The position numbers and the translations under genes are program-made. Below the pieces are notes generated by a model. It saw only the letters and a list, made by a program, of their open reading frames with translations, did no database searches and was not told where the DNA came from. A DNA stretch of 60,259 nucleotides from a virus (lineage: Duplodnaviria > Caudoviricetes), in IMG/VR virus record IMGVR_UViG_3300044497_000019, positions 1-60,259 of that record; one strand, given 5' to 3'. Positions 1-12,938 of this stretch are shown here, in pieces. Every line of letters begins with the position of its first letter. The stretch's first letter is position 1.

Positions 1-1
1 G

Positions 2-658
2 GCAGGCGTTGACTGCACCTTCATGTTCCGCGACGACGCGTTGCGGGTGCGCGACTGGAAGCGGTACGCGAAATCCAACCACTACATCGGCTGGGGAAGC
101 GATCCCGAATTGTTGTTCCCAGAACAGCGACCGGAGGAACTACGCATCCTGATCGACCACCAATTTTACAAGGGTGGGCACCCCGATCACACCAACGCCA
201 TCGTGCACGACGCGATGCTGTTCGCCACGGCAGGCTCGTGGAAAAAGCATCACCCGAAAGCCAACGGCGTGAGCGTGCGGCGATTGATCAATGGCGGCGC
301 AGAGGACGTGACGCTGGAGAACATGACGGGCTTGCCGTTCAACCGGATGCACGTTCCGTTCCCCGACATCTGCCGAGAGTACCGCCGCGCCCACGTGTAC
401 ATGGTGACGCACCGCGAGAGCGTCGGTCTCACCTGTCTGGAACTGGCGACGTGCGGTGCGCTCGTGGTCGCGCCGATGGGCATGATCTATTCGGATCGCC
501 TCGCCACCATCCGCCACATTGAATTTGCGGGCGTCCGAATTCCGTGGTCGGAAATCATGCGCGCCATCGACATCAAGGCGTCGGTGGAGCAGGCGCGTCT
601 CCAGACATGGCCCAAGGTGGCGGATCGTTTGTTGAACTGGTTCGCGGAGTACAGATGA
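2..658 (+). CDS. Glycosyltransferase (GT-B/GT4-like), 5'-truncated by window edge
   Basis: Frame open from position 2; C-terminal 'ESVGLTCLELATCG' resembles the GT4 E-x7-E donor-binding motif; ends 'TWPKVADRLL'. Confidence 0.65.
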   Translation, partial: AGVDCTFMFRDDALRVRDWKRYAKSNHYIGWGSDPELLFPEQRPEELRILIDHQFYKGGHPDHTNAIVHDAMLFATAGSWKKHHPKANGVSVRRLINGGAEDVTLENMTGLPFNRMHVPFPDICREYRRAHVYMVTHRESVGLTCLELATCGALVVAPMGMIYSDRLATIRHIEFAGVRIPWSEIMRAIDIKASVEQARLQTWPKVADRLLNWFAEYR

Positions 659-1305
659 CCATCGTCGCCATCGTACGCACCGGGGAAAAATTTTCCTTCG
701 ACTACGTGGAGCGGATGCGCAACATGGTCGCGCGCCACATGCACCGCGACTACGAATTGGTCTGCCTCACCGATCAACCGGAGCGATGCGACGACGTGGG
801 TTTCGTTGACATCGGCGCTCTCAACCTTCCCGGCTGGTGGGCAAAGATGGCGTTGTTTGCTCCCGAATGGCGCGGTCGGCATCGCGTCGTGTACCTCGAT
901 CTGGACACGGTGATCATCCGCGACGTGTCGGAGCTTGTGGACGTGCCCGGTGAATTCTCGACGTGCGAAAATTTCACGAGGCTGGCGGGCAACCACGCCT
1001 ACCCGTGCCGCTACAATAGCAGCGTGATGGTGATCGGCGGCGGCATGGCGAGCTACATCTGGACCACGTTCGACCGTGAGCGTGTCGCGTACATGACGGA
1101 GAGCGATCCGTACGGCGACCAGCGCGCCATCGAGTTGATCGTACCGGATGCGCCCTTCCTCCAGTCGCTCGTGCGTCCCAATTTTTTCCTGAACTACAGG
1201 AACCTCACCGCGCACAAACCGGCGCACGCGGCGGTGATCAACTTCGGCGGTCGCAACAAACCGCACGCGTGCGACATTGGATGGGTGCAGGAGGAATGGC
1301 GATGA
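655..1305 (+). CDS. Glycosyltransferase (GT-A fold, DxD motif)
   Basis: 'YVERMRNMV..LVCLTD', 'GWWAKMALF', 'VYLDLDTVI', 'YNSSVM', 'GDQ', 'KPH'; ATGA overlap with upstream stop. Confidence 0.8.
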   Translation: MTIVAIVRTGEKFSFDYVERMRNMVARHMHRDYELVCLTDQPERCDDVGFVDIGALNLPGWWAKMALFAPEWRGRHRVVYLDLDTVIIRDVSELVDVPGEFSTCENFTRLAGNHAYPCRYNSSVMVIGGGMASYIWTTFDRERVAYMTESDPYGDQRAIELIVPDAPFLQSLVRPNFFLNYRNLTAHKPAHAAVINFGGRNKPHACDIGWVQEEWR

Positions 1306-2045
1306 TCCTCGACGTTGATGGTCTCCAGATCAACCTCATTGACGACGAGGATCGTCAGGTGCTGCACGTGAAGCGCGGTGACGGATACGAGGAAGCATCG
1401 TTGGTGGCATGGTCCAAGATGGTCGTGCCCGATTTAGTGGCACTCGACATCGGTGCCTACACCGGATTGTTTTCCATCATCGCTGCGAAGCGCGGCGCGG
1501 TCGCCGTCGCGCTGGAACCGATGCCAGCAAACAGGTGGCGGCTCGACTGCAATGCAAAGCAAAACAAGGTGCTGGTGCGTGTGATGCCCTGCGCGGCGTC
1601 GGACGCACCGGGCGTCACCACGCTGCACTACAATTCCAAAGTGCCGCTCACAACCGGAGCCAGTCTGGAAAAGGGCGCGATGCACAATGCATCCATTTCC
1701 ATCACGCGATGCACCGTCGATGCGCTCGCCCTACCGCGCGTGGGTGCAATCAAGATTGATGTGGAAAAACATGAGCATTGCGTGATCCGTGGCGCGATGC
1801 AAACCATCAACCGCGACCGACCGTCGCTGTTGATTGAAGTCCTCGATGCGGATGCCTTTCGCACGGTGCGCGACATGCTTCCAAATTACGAGTGCAAGGT
1901 TGTCTACGATGGTCGGAACGCTTTGTTCACGCCCATAGGAGGCAATCATGCCGCAAGGACCGATAGCAGGCACGGCGTTTCTGAAAGTGGACGGACGGAT
2001 GTATCCGCTCAAGGGAAACCTGACGGTCTCGTCCTCTCCTGTTGA
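1302..2045 (+). CDS. FkbM-family SAM-dependent methyltransferase
   Basis: 'LDIGAYTGLFS', 'ALEP', 'IKIDVEKHE', 'P-LLIE' motifs; C-terminus runs into tail tube gene. Confidence 0.85.
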   Translation: MILDVDGLQINLIDDEDRQVLHVKRGDGYEEASLVAWSKMVVPDLVALDIGAYTGLFSIIAAKRGAVAVALEPMPANRWRLDCNAKQNKVLVRVMPCAASDAPGVTTLHYNSKVPLTTGASLEKGAMHNASISITRCTVDALALPRVGAIKIDVEKHEHCVIRGAMQTINRDRPSLLIEVLDADAFRTVRDMLPNYECKVVYDGRNALFTPIGGNHAARTDSRHGVSESGRTDVSAQGKPDGLVLSC

Positions 2046-2310
2046 GCGCAACGGCATCGCCGGTCAAGACTACGTGCACGGCTATCAGGAACTGCCGCGC
2101 GTTCCGTACATCGAAGGCGACGTGTCCACGCTGCCCGAAGTGTTGATCGAGGATTTGGAACAGGTCACGGATGGCGTCGTCACCGCCGACCTTGTGAACG
2201 GTCGCAGCTACGTCCTCTCGCACGCGTGGACGAAAGGTCCAATCGAAATCAACACGCACGACGGACAGTTCCGCATCCGCTTCGAAGGCGTGTACTGCGA
2301 CGAACTGTAA
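1948..2310 (+). CDS. Tail tube protein (Mu-like)
   Basis: 120 aa, 'IAGTAFLKVDG', 'VHGYQELPRVPYIEG'; AGGAGG RBS; precedes chaperone and tape measure. Confidence 0.85.
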   Translation: MPQGPIAGTAFLKVDGRMYPLKGNLTVSSSPVERNGIAGQDYVHGYQELPRVPYIEGDVSTLPEVLIEDLEQVTDGVVTADLVNGRSYVLSHAWTKGPIEINTHDGQFRIRFEGVYCDEL

Positions 2311-2319
2311 GGGTGACGC

Positions 2320-2694
2320 ATGGCGGATGCAGCAATCAATAACCGAGAGCCGACCGTGGCGGCGGCGGCTCCGGTCGAGACCAAGGAGCGGTCGAAGGAG
2401 GTTATCATCAAGCTCGTGGAGCCGGTGCAGGCTCACGGCGAGACGGTCAAGGAACTGAAATTCCGACGACCGACCGGCGGCGACATCATGGCGCTTGAAG
2501 GCGGCTACCCCATCAACATCAACTGGCAGACGGGACAGATCACGCCGAACCCGCCAGTGATGGGCATGATGATGTCAACGCTGGCGATGGTGCCGACATC
2601 GACCATCAAAAATCTCGACGCGGAAGATTGGTCCACCTGTGCTCATGCGCTCATGGGTTTTTTCGCACCGGGCGCGCAGGCGATGCAATACTGA
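2320..2694 (+). CDS. Tail assembly chaperone
   Basis: 'L..PV...GE...EL.FRRPT..DI' pattern, ends 'GFF'; lies between tube and tape measure. Confidence 0.85.
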   Translation: MADAAINNREPTVAAAAPVETKERSKEVIIKLVEPVQAHGETVKELKFRRPTGGDIMALEGGYPININWQTGQITPNPPVMGMMMSTLAMVPTSTIKNLDAEDWSTCAHALMGFFAPGAQAMQY

Positions 2695-2829
2695 ATTGCT
2701 ACCGCCTCGCGAAATTCTACTCCCGCAACCCGGCGGAATTCCTCGCGCTGCCGCTCGATGAAATAGAGCAGCACATCCACTGGACCGACCGTCTGTTGGA
2801 GACATCGGAACAGCAAGGTCCACGGCGCG

Positions 2830-2837
<8 letters not shown>
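2655..2837 (+). other. -1 programmed frameshift site (G GGT TTT) and extension ORF of tail chaperone
   Basis: XXXYYYZ heptamer GGGTTTT at 2655-2661; -1 frame stays open to 2837 ('YRLAKFYSRNPAEFLALPLDEI'). Confidence 0.75.
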
Positions 2838-5792
<2,955 letters not shown>

Positions 5793-5796
<4 letters not shown>

Positions 5797-6407
5797 AAAT
5801 AGGAGACGTGCACAACAAGTGGCGCGACAAGTGGAAGCAGGCGATGTACCGCGGCGCGGAATTTTTTGTCGAGACCGACACGCGCTCCAGTGGTCGCCGT
5901 GTTGCGATCCACGAATATCCGAAACGCAATGTGCCGTACTCGGAGGACATGGGGCGCAAGGCAGTCAAGATCACCGTGCAGGGATATTTGATCACCGGAC
6001 CCGGCGAGGACACCTACCTGATCAAAAAGGATTTGTTGATCGAGCAATTGGAGAAGGATGGTCCCGGCATGTTGCGGCTTCCGTTGCCGTATCAGGCGCA
6101 GGACGTGGAGGTGATGGTCGTCGGCTACACGGTGACGGAGACTAGAGAGCGCGGCGGCTACTGCACGATTGATATGGAATTTGTTGAGTACGGTGATCCG
6201 ACCTACCGATCCAACATTTCGACCGGCGGTGAAATCCGCAAGGCGGCAGGCACGACGGAGGATGTCGTCGTCGGTCCTTCGACCGACATGACAGCGCAGG
6301 AAGTGGCTGCGTACTGGCAGGCGTATCAGGCGGCGCAGCAACAACAAGAGCCAGCGTGGAACCCGACACCGGAGGAAGCGACGGCGGCGGCGGGGATGGG
6401 ACCATGA
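5793..6407 (+). CDS. Mu gpN-like DNA circularization protein, N-terminal domain
   Basis: 'A.YRG..FFV....GRRVAIHEYPKR...EDMGR'. Confidence 0.85.
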
Positions 6408-7072
6408 CCGGCGACGAGGCGGATGAAGTCCTTGGCATCGTGCGGCGGATCGGTCCCGTGATCATGTCCGCTGCGGTCAAGCCGACCGGCGAAGTGGGCA
6501 CGGCGTTGCGTCGATGTGTCGGCATGATGGTCGCTGACAAAAACATGGTGCATCGCGCCTCGTTCGGTTTCGCGATGGTTGTTTGTTTGGACCTTGCGCG
6601 GATGTGCTCCGCCACGATTGTCACGATGGATCGCGTGCGCAAGGCGGCGCTCGCCGAGACGCCTCTTGGTCAACCGGCGGTGATCACGGTCAACATGATC
6701 GTGCGGCTGGCGCTTGCGAGCGAAGCGCGCATCCTCGCGGATCAAACGTTCCGGTCCCGCAACGAGGTGGACGACATCGCGACCGCGATCAACCTCGCAT
6801 TCTCCGCGACGGCGGAAGCTGCCGCCGACAGTCTCGACGCCGAGACCTACATGGCGTTGACGCGGCTGCACGGCGATGTCACGCGCCACCTTGGTGATCG
6901 CGGTCGGCAGCTTCCGCGCGTTATCAGCTACACGATGCAAGCGGTGCTTCCTTCGTTGAGAATGGCGCAACGATCCTACGGCGACCCGAAACGGCATCAA
7001 GAGTTGATCAACGAAAACCGCGTCGTGCATCCGGCGTTCATGCCGCGCACGGGCGTGATGCTGGCGGTGTGA
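6404..7072 (+). CDS. Mu gpN-like protein, C-terminal part
   Basis: 'LPSL..AQR.YGD..R..EL..EN...HPAFMP' C-terminal motif; ATGA overlap. Confidence 0.75.
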   Translation: MTGDEADEVLGIVRRIGPVIMSAAVKPTGEVGTALRRCVGMMVADKNMVHRASFGFAMVVCLDLARMCSATIVTMDRVRKAALAETPLGQPAVITVNMIVRLALASEARILADQTFRSRNEVDDIATAINLAFSATAEAAADSLDAETYMALTRLHGDVTRHLGDRGRQLPRVISYTMQAVLPSLRMAQRSYGDPKRHQELINENRVVHPAFMPRTGVMLAV

Positions 7073-7073
7073 C

Positions 7074-8300
7074 ATGGCGACCGCACCGAAGGCACCAACC
7101 AAACCGCTCGACCTGTTGCGCAAGCCAGCGCAAGGACAGAATGTCACGCACACGCCGTTGACGCGCGTCCTCACCGGCAGCAAGGAAATTTGTACGCTGG
7201 AGGTCAACGGCACCTTGTTCACCAACTGGACGACGGTGCGCGTCGAGCAGCGGGTGACGCAGGCGTTTCCGATTTTCCAATTTGAGTGCACGGAGGAAAT
7301 GCCGATCCCGCTGCGGATCACCGGACTGCAATTCACACCGGGCGACATCGTGACCGTGTACGTCGGCGGCGTGCCTGTCGTGTTCGGTTTCATCACGGAG
7401 CGGCACGTCGGCTACGATGGCACGCAACACGGCGTGAAGTTGATAGGCACTGGCGACACCTTCGACCTGACCAATTCATCCGTGCCGCTGGAGAAGCTAA
7501 ACGGGCACGATGGAAAAAACTGGCAGGCGCTTGCGTCGGAGTTAATGCAGCACCTTGGCATCAAACTTCACACGATGGGCGCGGTGGACCCGAAGCCCTA
7601 TGACCGCGTGCAAGTGCAGCCCGGTGAAGTGATCATGCAAGTGTTGGAGCGGTATGCGCGGATGCGCAACATCGTGGTCGGCTCCAACGCGAACGGCGGT
7701 CTGCTCGCCATCGGCGAACACGAGGTGCAGCCGACCGGCGACCTTGCCGAAGGATACAACATCCTGCGCGCCAACGCGGTCGTGCGGGACAACATGGTTT
7801 ACAAACGCTACCTCGCGGTCGGTCAGGGCGCAGGCAGCGACGCCAAGCACGGCGACGAACAGAACAAACAAATTGCGCAGCGGTGGGGCACGTCAACGCG
7901 CAATCGGTATTCCATCGTCGTCGCCGATCTGGCTGACGACCTGTACGGGCTGGAGCGGCGCGTCAAGATGGAGGAAGTTTTTTCCGAAGGGAGCAACATC
8001 GAGGCGTCCATCACCGTGCAAGGCTGGTTCAAGAATAACAACACGTCGGAGGAAATCTGGCGCGCGGGAGAATACTACACGATTTTTTCGCCGTCGCTTA
8101 TCCTCAACGATACCGTGCTCGGATGCGCAGGCTGCGTGTACGAACAAACAAACGGCGGCGGCACCACCACCACGATGCAGATGGTGAAGCCGATCCACAT
8201 GAACGGGCAATATAATTACCGCAACGAGGCGCAGGAATACGCGCGACGGGTGCGCGAACGCCGACCGCCTCCTACGACACCGGAGGTCAAAACGAAATGA
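7074..8300 (+). CDS. Baseplate hub protein (Mu gpP/gp44-like)
   Basis: 'LEVNG..F..W..V.V', 'G...DL..SS', 'TVQGW' motifs; synteny. Confidence 0.85.
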   Translation: MATAPKAPTKPLDLLRKPAQGQNVTHTPLTRVLTGSKEICTLEVNGTLFTNWTTVRVEQRVTQAFPIFQFECTEEMPIPLRITGLQFTPGDIVTVYVGGVPVVFGFITERHVGYDGTQHGVKLIGTGDTFDLTNSSVPLEKLNGHDGKNWQALASELMQHLGIKLHTMGAVDPKPYDRVQVQPGEVIMQVLERYARMRNIVVGSNANGGLLAIGEHEVQPTGDLAEGYNILRANAVVRDNMVYKRYLAVGQGAGSDAKHGDEQNKQIAQRWGTSTRNRYSIVVADLADDLYGLERRVKMEEVFSEGSNIEASITVQGWFKNNNTSEEIWRAGEYYTIFSPSLILNDTVLGCAGCVYEQTNGGGTTTTMQMVKPIHMNGQYNYRNEAQEYARRVRERRPPPTTPEVKTK

Positions 8301-9181
8301 ACAGGAACAGCCTGACGGAAATGTCTGGACGCATCATGCATCTGGCATCGCGGTTCACGCTCAACAAGAGCACGGACCTTCCGATGATGCAGGAATTGTT
8401 TTTGGACAGCATGAATTCGGACGGTCGCAACAAGGTGCCGGTGGAACGCGTGCAGGCGTTCGGCTTCACGTCAACGCCGCTGCCGCGCGACGAGGACGAC
8501 AAAAAGCAGGGCGGCGAAAGCGGCGGCGGCAGCGGCGGCGACGGCGAGAAAAACAAGGGACCGTCAGCGGAAGGGATTTGTTTGTACCTTGGCGGGCAGC
8601 GCAATCATCCTGTGTGCATCGCCATTGACGACCGGCGGCATCGCCCGATGGGATTGAAGCCGGGAGAGAATGCCCAATACGATGACATCGGGCAGATGAC
8701 CCTACTGCGCCGCACCGGCATGTTCATCCTGTCGCTCGACAGCGACGAAAAGGGATCGGACGGCAAAACAAAAAAGGTGGAGCGCATGGTGTCGCTGCGC
8801 CACGTGGAAAAGAAAAAACAGGAACGGCACAAGACACAGCCGAAGGCGAGCCTGTTGCGCGGCGAGAGCGCCGAACAATGGGCGGCGGCGCAGGCGAAGG
8901 CGAAGGAGGAACACAAGCACGAAGGCGAGACGGTCAACACGGAGGTGCGGTGCACGAAGGGCAGAATTGAATTCCGTTCCGGTGACAAGGTGGTCGGCTA
9001 CTACGATGTCGGGAAGGAGGAATGGCACCTGTCGGGGAAAATCGTGACGATGCAGGGGAGCAGTCGCGTCGAGACCATCGGCAAGACCTACCTTGGTCTG
9101 GACAGCAAAAATGAAAACGGCGTGCTGGTCGAGACCGTCACCGACGTGCCAAGCAAACAAACATTCGCGAAGGTGACGTGA
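8297..9181 (+). CDS. Baseplate spike protein (Mu gp45-like)
   Basis: 'ERVQAFGFTS.P', 'GG.R.HPV.IA.DDRRHRP.GL.PGE..YD'. Confidence 0.85.
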   Translation: MNRNSLTEMSGRIMHLASRFTLNKSTDLPMMQELFLDSMNSDGRNKVPVERVQAFGFTSTPLPRDEDDKKQGGESGGGSGGDGEKNKGPSAEGICLYLGGQRNHPVCIAIDDRRHRPMGLKPGENAQYDDIGQMTLLRRTGMFILSLDSDEKGSDGKTKKVERMVSLRHVEKKKQERHKTQPKASLLRGESAEQWAAAQAKAKEEHKHEGETVNTEVRCTKGRIEFRSGDKVVGYYDVGKEEWHLSGKIVTMQGSSRVETIGKTYLGLDSKNENGVLVETVTDVPSKQTFAKVT

Positions 9182-9711
9182 TGGCAGCACCGCACGGCGA
9201 CGTTCGCTTCCTCCAGCAACTGGATTTTCCAGCGTACGCGGTCGAGCTTGACTGGCTCATGACCGATCAAAATTTGATCGAGGATGGCTACGACCTACAG
9301 TCGGCGGTGATCGTTGCTCTCGGCACCGACGCACGTGCACCGGAGAGCGAGGAATTGCCCGATCCGAAATCCACCGACCGTCGCGGTTGGTGGGGCGACA
9401 TGGATGCGGAGGAACTGTGGCACGGCTGGCCCGTAGGATGCCTGCTCTGGTTGCTGTCACGAGCAAAGATCACGGGTCCGCTGGCGAAGGGCGGATCAAC
9501 AATTGCCAAGGCGGAAGGCTGGACGCGCGACGCCATGATGCCGTTCACCACGCACCTGATTGCATCGCGCATCGCGGTGCTGGCGGAACAGGTTGGGCGC
9601 GACCGCATCGACGTTGCGGTGACAATCTTCCGTGGACCCGATCCTAAAATTGAATTGCGGTACTCGGAACTGTGGGACGAAATCGGACGACGCGAAGGAC
9701 AGGAAGGTTGA
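9178..9711 (+). CDS. Mu gp46-like baseplate protein
   Basis: 'LQSAVIVAL.TD.RA', 'RRGWWGD', 'G..LWLL.RAK'. Confidence 0.9.
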   Translation: MMAAPHGDVRFLQQLDFPAYAVELDWLMTDQNLIEDGYDLQSAVIVALGTDARAPESEELPDPKSTDRRGWWGDMDAEELWHGWPVGCLLWLLSRAKITGPLAKGGSTIAKAEGWTRDAMMPFTTHLIASRIAVLAEQVGRDRIDVAVTIFRGPDPKIELRYSELWDEIGRREGQEG

Positions 9712-9714
9712 ACG

Positions 9715-10788
9715 ATGCCGTGGTCAACTCCGACGCTCAAGGACATGCGGCGCTTCACGCGCGACTATGTGCTGTCGCAACTCGGCGCGAAGGCGATGGT
9801 GCCGAATTCCGTTCTGCGCATCATGTCGGATGCGATGGCGGGACTGACGCACCTCGCCATGCTCTACCTCGACTGGCTGGCGAAGCAACTATTGCCAGAC
9901 ACCGCCGAACGCGAATGGCTCGACCGTCACGGCGTGATTTGGTTGACCAACGCCGATGGATCGAAGGGACGCAAGGCGGCGACGTACGCCAAGGGCTGGG
10001 TACGTTTCACCGGCAACATCGACACGATCATTCCGACCGGCACGCTGCTCACCGGAGCGAACGGCGTGCAGTATCAAACAACCGTGCAAGGTCGCATCGG
10101 CTCCAATGGTCTCGGCGACGCGCCTGCGTACGCTCTCGCCAACGGATCGGTCGGCAACATGGAGGACGGAACGTCGTTTGGTCTTGCTGGTGCGATCACC
10201 GGCATCGAAAGCGCGGAATGCTACGGCGACATGACCGGCGGCATTGACGAGGAAACCGACGACCAACTCCGCGAGCGCATCCTGCTGCGAATTCAAAATC
10301 CGCCGATGGGTGGATCGCAATCCGACTACATCCAGTGGGCGCTTGCCGTGCCCGGTGTGACGCGCGCGTGGGCGGCGTGTGAGATTGGTCCCGGCACCAT
10401 GACGGTTCGTTTCCTCATGGACGATCTGCATCCGCCGTACGGTCAGCCGAACCAGACCGACATCAATCTGGTCTCCGACTACATCGACAGCAAGCGTCCG
10501 GTGACGGTGAAGGATTGTTTTGTGTACCCACCGACGATCCAATTCTACGGCATCACCATCAAGGGATTGGCGAAGGACGACATGACGGTGAGAGCAAACA
10601 TCGAGGCATCGTTGCGCGCGATGGAGCGCAAGCGTAGCGGTCCCGGTCAGACCATGTACCGCTCGTGGGTTGACGAGGCGGTGAGCAACGCGGTCGGCGA
10701 GGAATATCACGAGTTGACATTCACGACGACGGTGCCGCTTGCGCCAGCGTACATGCCCACACTCGGCACGGTGCTGTACCAGCCATGA
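9715..10788 (+). CDS. Baseplate J-like wedge protein (Mu gp47)
   Basis: 'QLLPDTA', 'GG.DEETD..LR.R', 'PP.GG...DY..WA..VPGV.RAW'. Confidence 0.9.
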   Translation: MPWSTPTLKDMRRFTRDYVLSQLGAKAMVPNSVLRIMSDAMAGLTHLAMLYLDWLAKQLLPDTAEREWLDRHGVIWLTNADGSKGRKAATYAKGWVRFTGNIDTIIPTGTLLTGANGVQYQTTVQGRIGSNGLGDAPAYALANGSVGNMEDGTSFGLAGAITGIESAECYGDMTGGIDEETDDQLRERILLRIQNPPMGGSQSDYIQWALAVPGVTRAWAACEIGPGTMTVRFLMDDLHPPYGQPNQTDINLVSDYIDSKRPVTVKDCFVYPPTIQFYGITIKGLAKDDMTVRANIEASLRAMERKRSGPGQTMYRSWVDEAVSNAVGEEYHELTFTTTVPLAPAYMPTLGTVLYQP

Positions 10789-11564
10789 CCGATCTGGAGC
10801 ACGACCGGCATGTGACGCGAACCGGCGACGATTACGCCGAGGCGATGGCGCATCTATTGCCGACCGGGCAGGCGTGGCCCCGCGCGTTCGGTTCGGTGTT
10901 GATGCAGACCTTGCGCGGCTTGTGCAAAATCTGGGGCGGCTTTGAGAACCGCGCATCGTGGTTGCTGGAGAGCGAAAGCGATCCGCGCATCACCGTTGAA
11001 TTGTTGCTGGATTGGGAACGCAATTGGGGCTTGCCGGATAAATGCTACACCGCGCCGCTGTCGATTAGCGAACGGCAATTTGCGCTCGTGCAGCGCATGA
11101 CGATTGAAGGTGCGCAGAGCAGAGAATTTTTCATCGAGGTGGCGGCGTCGATTGGATACCAGATCACTATCAGCGAATTCCGACCGTTCTTTATCGCGAT
11201 GGACGGCTGCGGCGATTGTCGCGTGTACGGCAACCTTCCACCGGACCCGATGCGGAACGAGTGGAACCAAATCATCATGGACGAAAACGGAAACGAGCCG
11301 ATCAAACACGGCGAGCTTTCCGAATGGCCCAACTACGGTCTCGGTCCATTGGAGAACCGATACTATTGGTCCGTGCACGTCGGCAACGCCAAGCTGGTTT
11401 GGTTCCGTTGTTCGGCGGGACAGTGTGGCGTGGACCCGCACCTTATGATCGGCATCGCCGACGATCTGGAATGTTTGTTGAACCGCTGGAAGCCCGCTCA
11501 CACCGAAATCATTTTCGACTACAGCGGATTGCAGGACGGCGGCGAAATGGCAGGCACACCGTGA
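10785..11564 (+). CDS. Mu gp48-like baseplate protein (DUF2313/YmfQ type)
   Basis: 'LLP.G.AWP', 'ELL.DWER..GLPD', 'LEC....KPAHT'. Confidence 0.9.
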   Translation: MTDLEHDRHVTRTGDDYAEAMAHLLPTGQAWPRAFGSVLMQTLRGLCKIWGGFENRASWLLESESDPRITVELLLDWERNWGLPDKCYTAPLSISERQFALVQRMTIEGAQSREFFIEVAASIGYQITISEFRPFFIAMDGCGDCRVYGNLPPDPMRNEWNQIIMDENGNEPIKHGELSEWPNYGLGPLENRYYWSVHVGNAKLVWFRCSAGQCGVDPHLMIGIADDLECLLNRWKPAHTEIIFDYSGLQDGGEMAGTP

Positions 11565-11580
11565 GCAACAGGAGAGCCAA

Positions 11581-12927
11581 GTGAAATATAATCAGCCGTA
11601 CGGCGTCAGCGATCCAGAGGCGGCGTACATCAACGGCAATCCATCGACCGGAACGATGGGATCAATTCCGCCTGCGGCGAGCATCGAGCATCCGCAGCGC
11701 GAAATCGTCAACCTGATAAAGAACACCAAGAACGGCGACGGGTCGGCGTTCGCCGCGCCAAGCCCCGGCGACCTGTTGCAGTTGGCGCGGTGCATCCAAT
11801 CCGGTCTGTTGATCTACGCTCGCGACAGCGGCGTGGCGAACGTCGTGCGGCTCAACATTTCGCCAGCGATCAATCAGTATTGGGAAGGTCTGACGGTGCT
11901 GGCGAGAATTCTGTACGCCAACACCGGACCAGCGATGCTGGACATCAACACGCGCGGCGCGAAAAACATCGTGCACCGCGACGGCAGCACCTTGGTCGGC
12001 GGCGAGTTGATCCCCGGCGGGATGCACTGTTTTGTTTACAACGGCGTGGAATTTGAACTGGCGTGGTCGAATGTCATCGCAGGCATTCCGGTTTACCTCA
12101 CGCGGTCAACGGATTTCTACGTCAACTCGGTGAGCGGAAGCGACACCGTGTACGATGGAACCGCCGCCTCGTATTCCGGCGTCGGCACCGCCGGTCCATT
12201 CAAGACCTTGCAACGCGCGTCGCTGGAGTGCGGCAAATACAATCTCAACAATTACAACATCACGATCCACGTCGCCAACGGAACCTATGCGCCGGTCGGT
12301 TTGTACCGCGCCGCTGGCACCGGCAGGATTTATTGGACCGGCGATCCCAGCAATCCGCAAAACGTTATCATCGACGGCGGTGCCTATAGCTGCATCGTCG
12401 GCAGCGAAGCCGGGTCGGCGCACCACTTTGAAGGTTTCCGCTTGGTGAGTGCGGGCACGCCTGCGGTCGGCAGCGCAATGTGCGGCGTGTTCGTGCAAGT
12501 GGACACGACCGTGCACCTCAACAACATCGAATTCGGACAGTGCCTTGGCGCGCATATGTGCGCGGCGTCCGGTGGCAACATTCAACTCGGCTCTGGCTTC
12601 ATCCGCTGCACGGCAGGCAGCGCAGGCTTTGCACTCGGTGCCGGTCTGCACGCGATTGCGAGCGGGCAGGCATCCATCACGATGTCATCCTCCGCGCCGC
12701 CGATCCTGATCCTGACCAACACGTGCACCTTCGGTCGCGGTTGGGCGCAATGCAGCCGCAACAGCTACATGGCGCTCTGGTACGGCAGCATCACCGGAGG
12801 TGCGTTCGGGACCGGCGTCCGGTACTCCGTCAACACGACATCCATTCTGGAGGTCGGCGGGCACGGCGACCTGTACTATCCCGGCACGCTGCCGGGTGAG
12901 GTTTCCTCGCAGGGCTTGTACTACTAA
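11581..12927 (+). CDS. Tail fibre / receptor-binding protein
   Basis: Follows gp48; N-terminal 'Q.EIVN.I' anchor; beta-rich C-terminus with 'YVN..GSD..G...PFKTLQRA'. Confidence 0.75.
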   Translation: MKYNQPYGVSDPEAAYINGNPSTGTMGSIPPAASIEHPQREIVNLIKNTKNGDGSAFAAPSPGDLLQLARCIQSGLLIYARDSGVANVVRLNISPAINQYWEGLTVLARILYANTGPAMLDINTRGAKNIVHRDGSTLVGGELIPGGMHCFVYNGVEFELAWSNVIAGIPVYLTRSTDFYVNSVSGSDTVYDGTAASYSGVGTAGPFKTLQRASLECGKYNLNNYNITIHVANGTYAPVGLYRAAGTGRIYWTGDPSNPQNVIIDGGAYSCIVGSEAGSAHHFEGFRLVSAGTPAVGSAMCGVFVQVDTTVHLNNIEFGQCLGAHMCAASGGNIQLGSGFIRCTAGSAGFALGAGLHAIASGQASITMSSSAPPILILTNTCTFGRGWAQCSRNSYMALWYGSITGGAFGTGVRYSVNTTSILEVGGHGDLYYPGTLPGEVSSQGLYY

Positions 12928-12938
12928 CGGAGGGCGAA

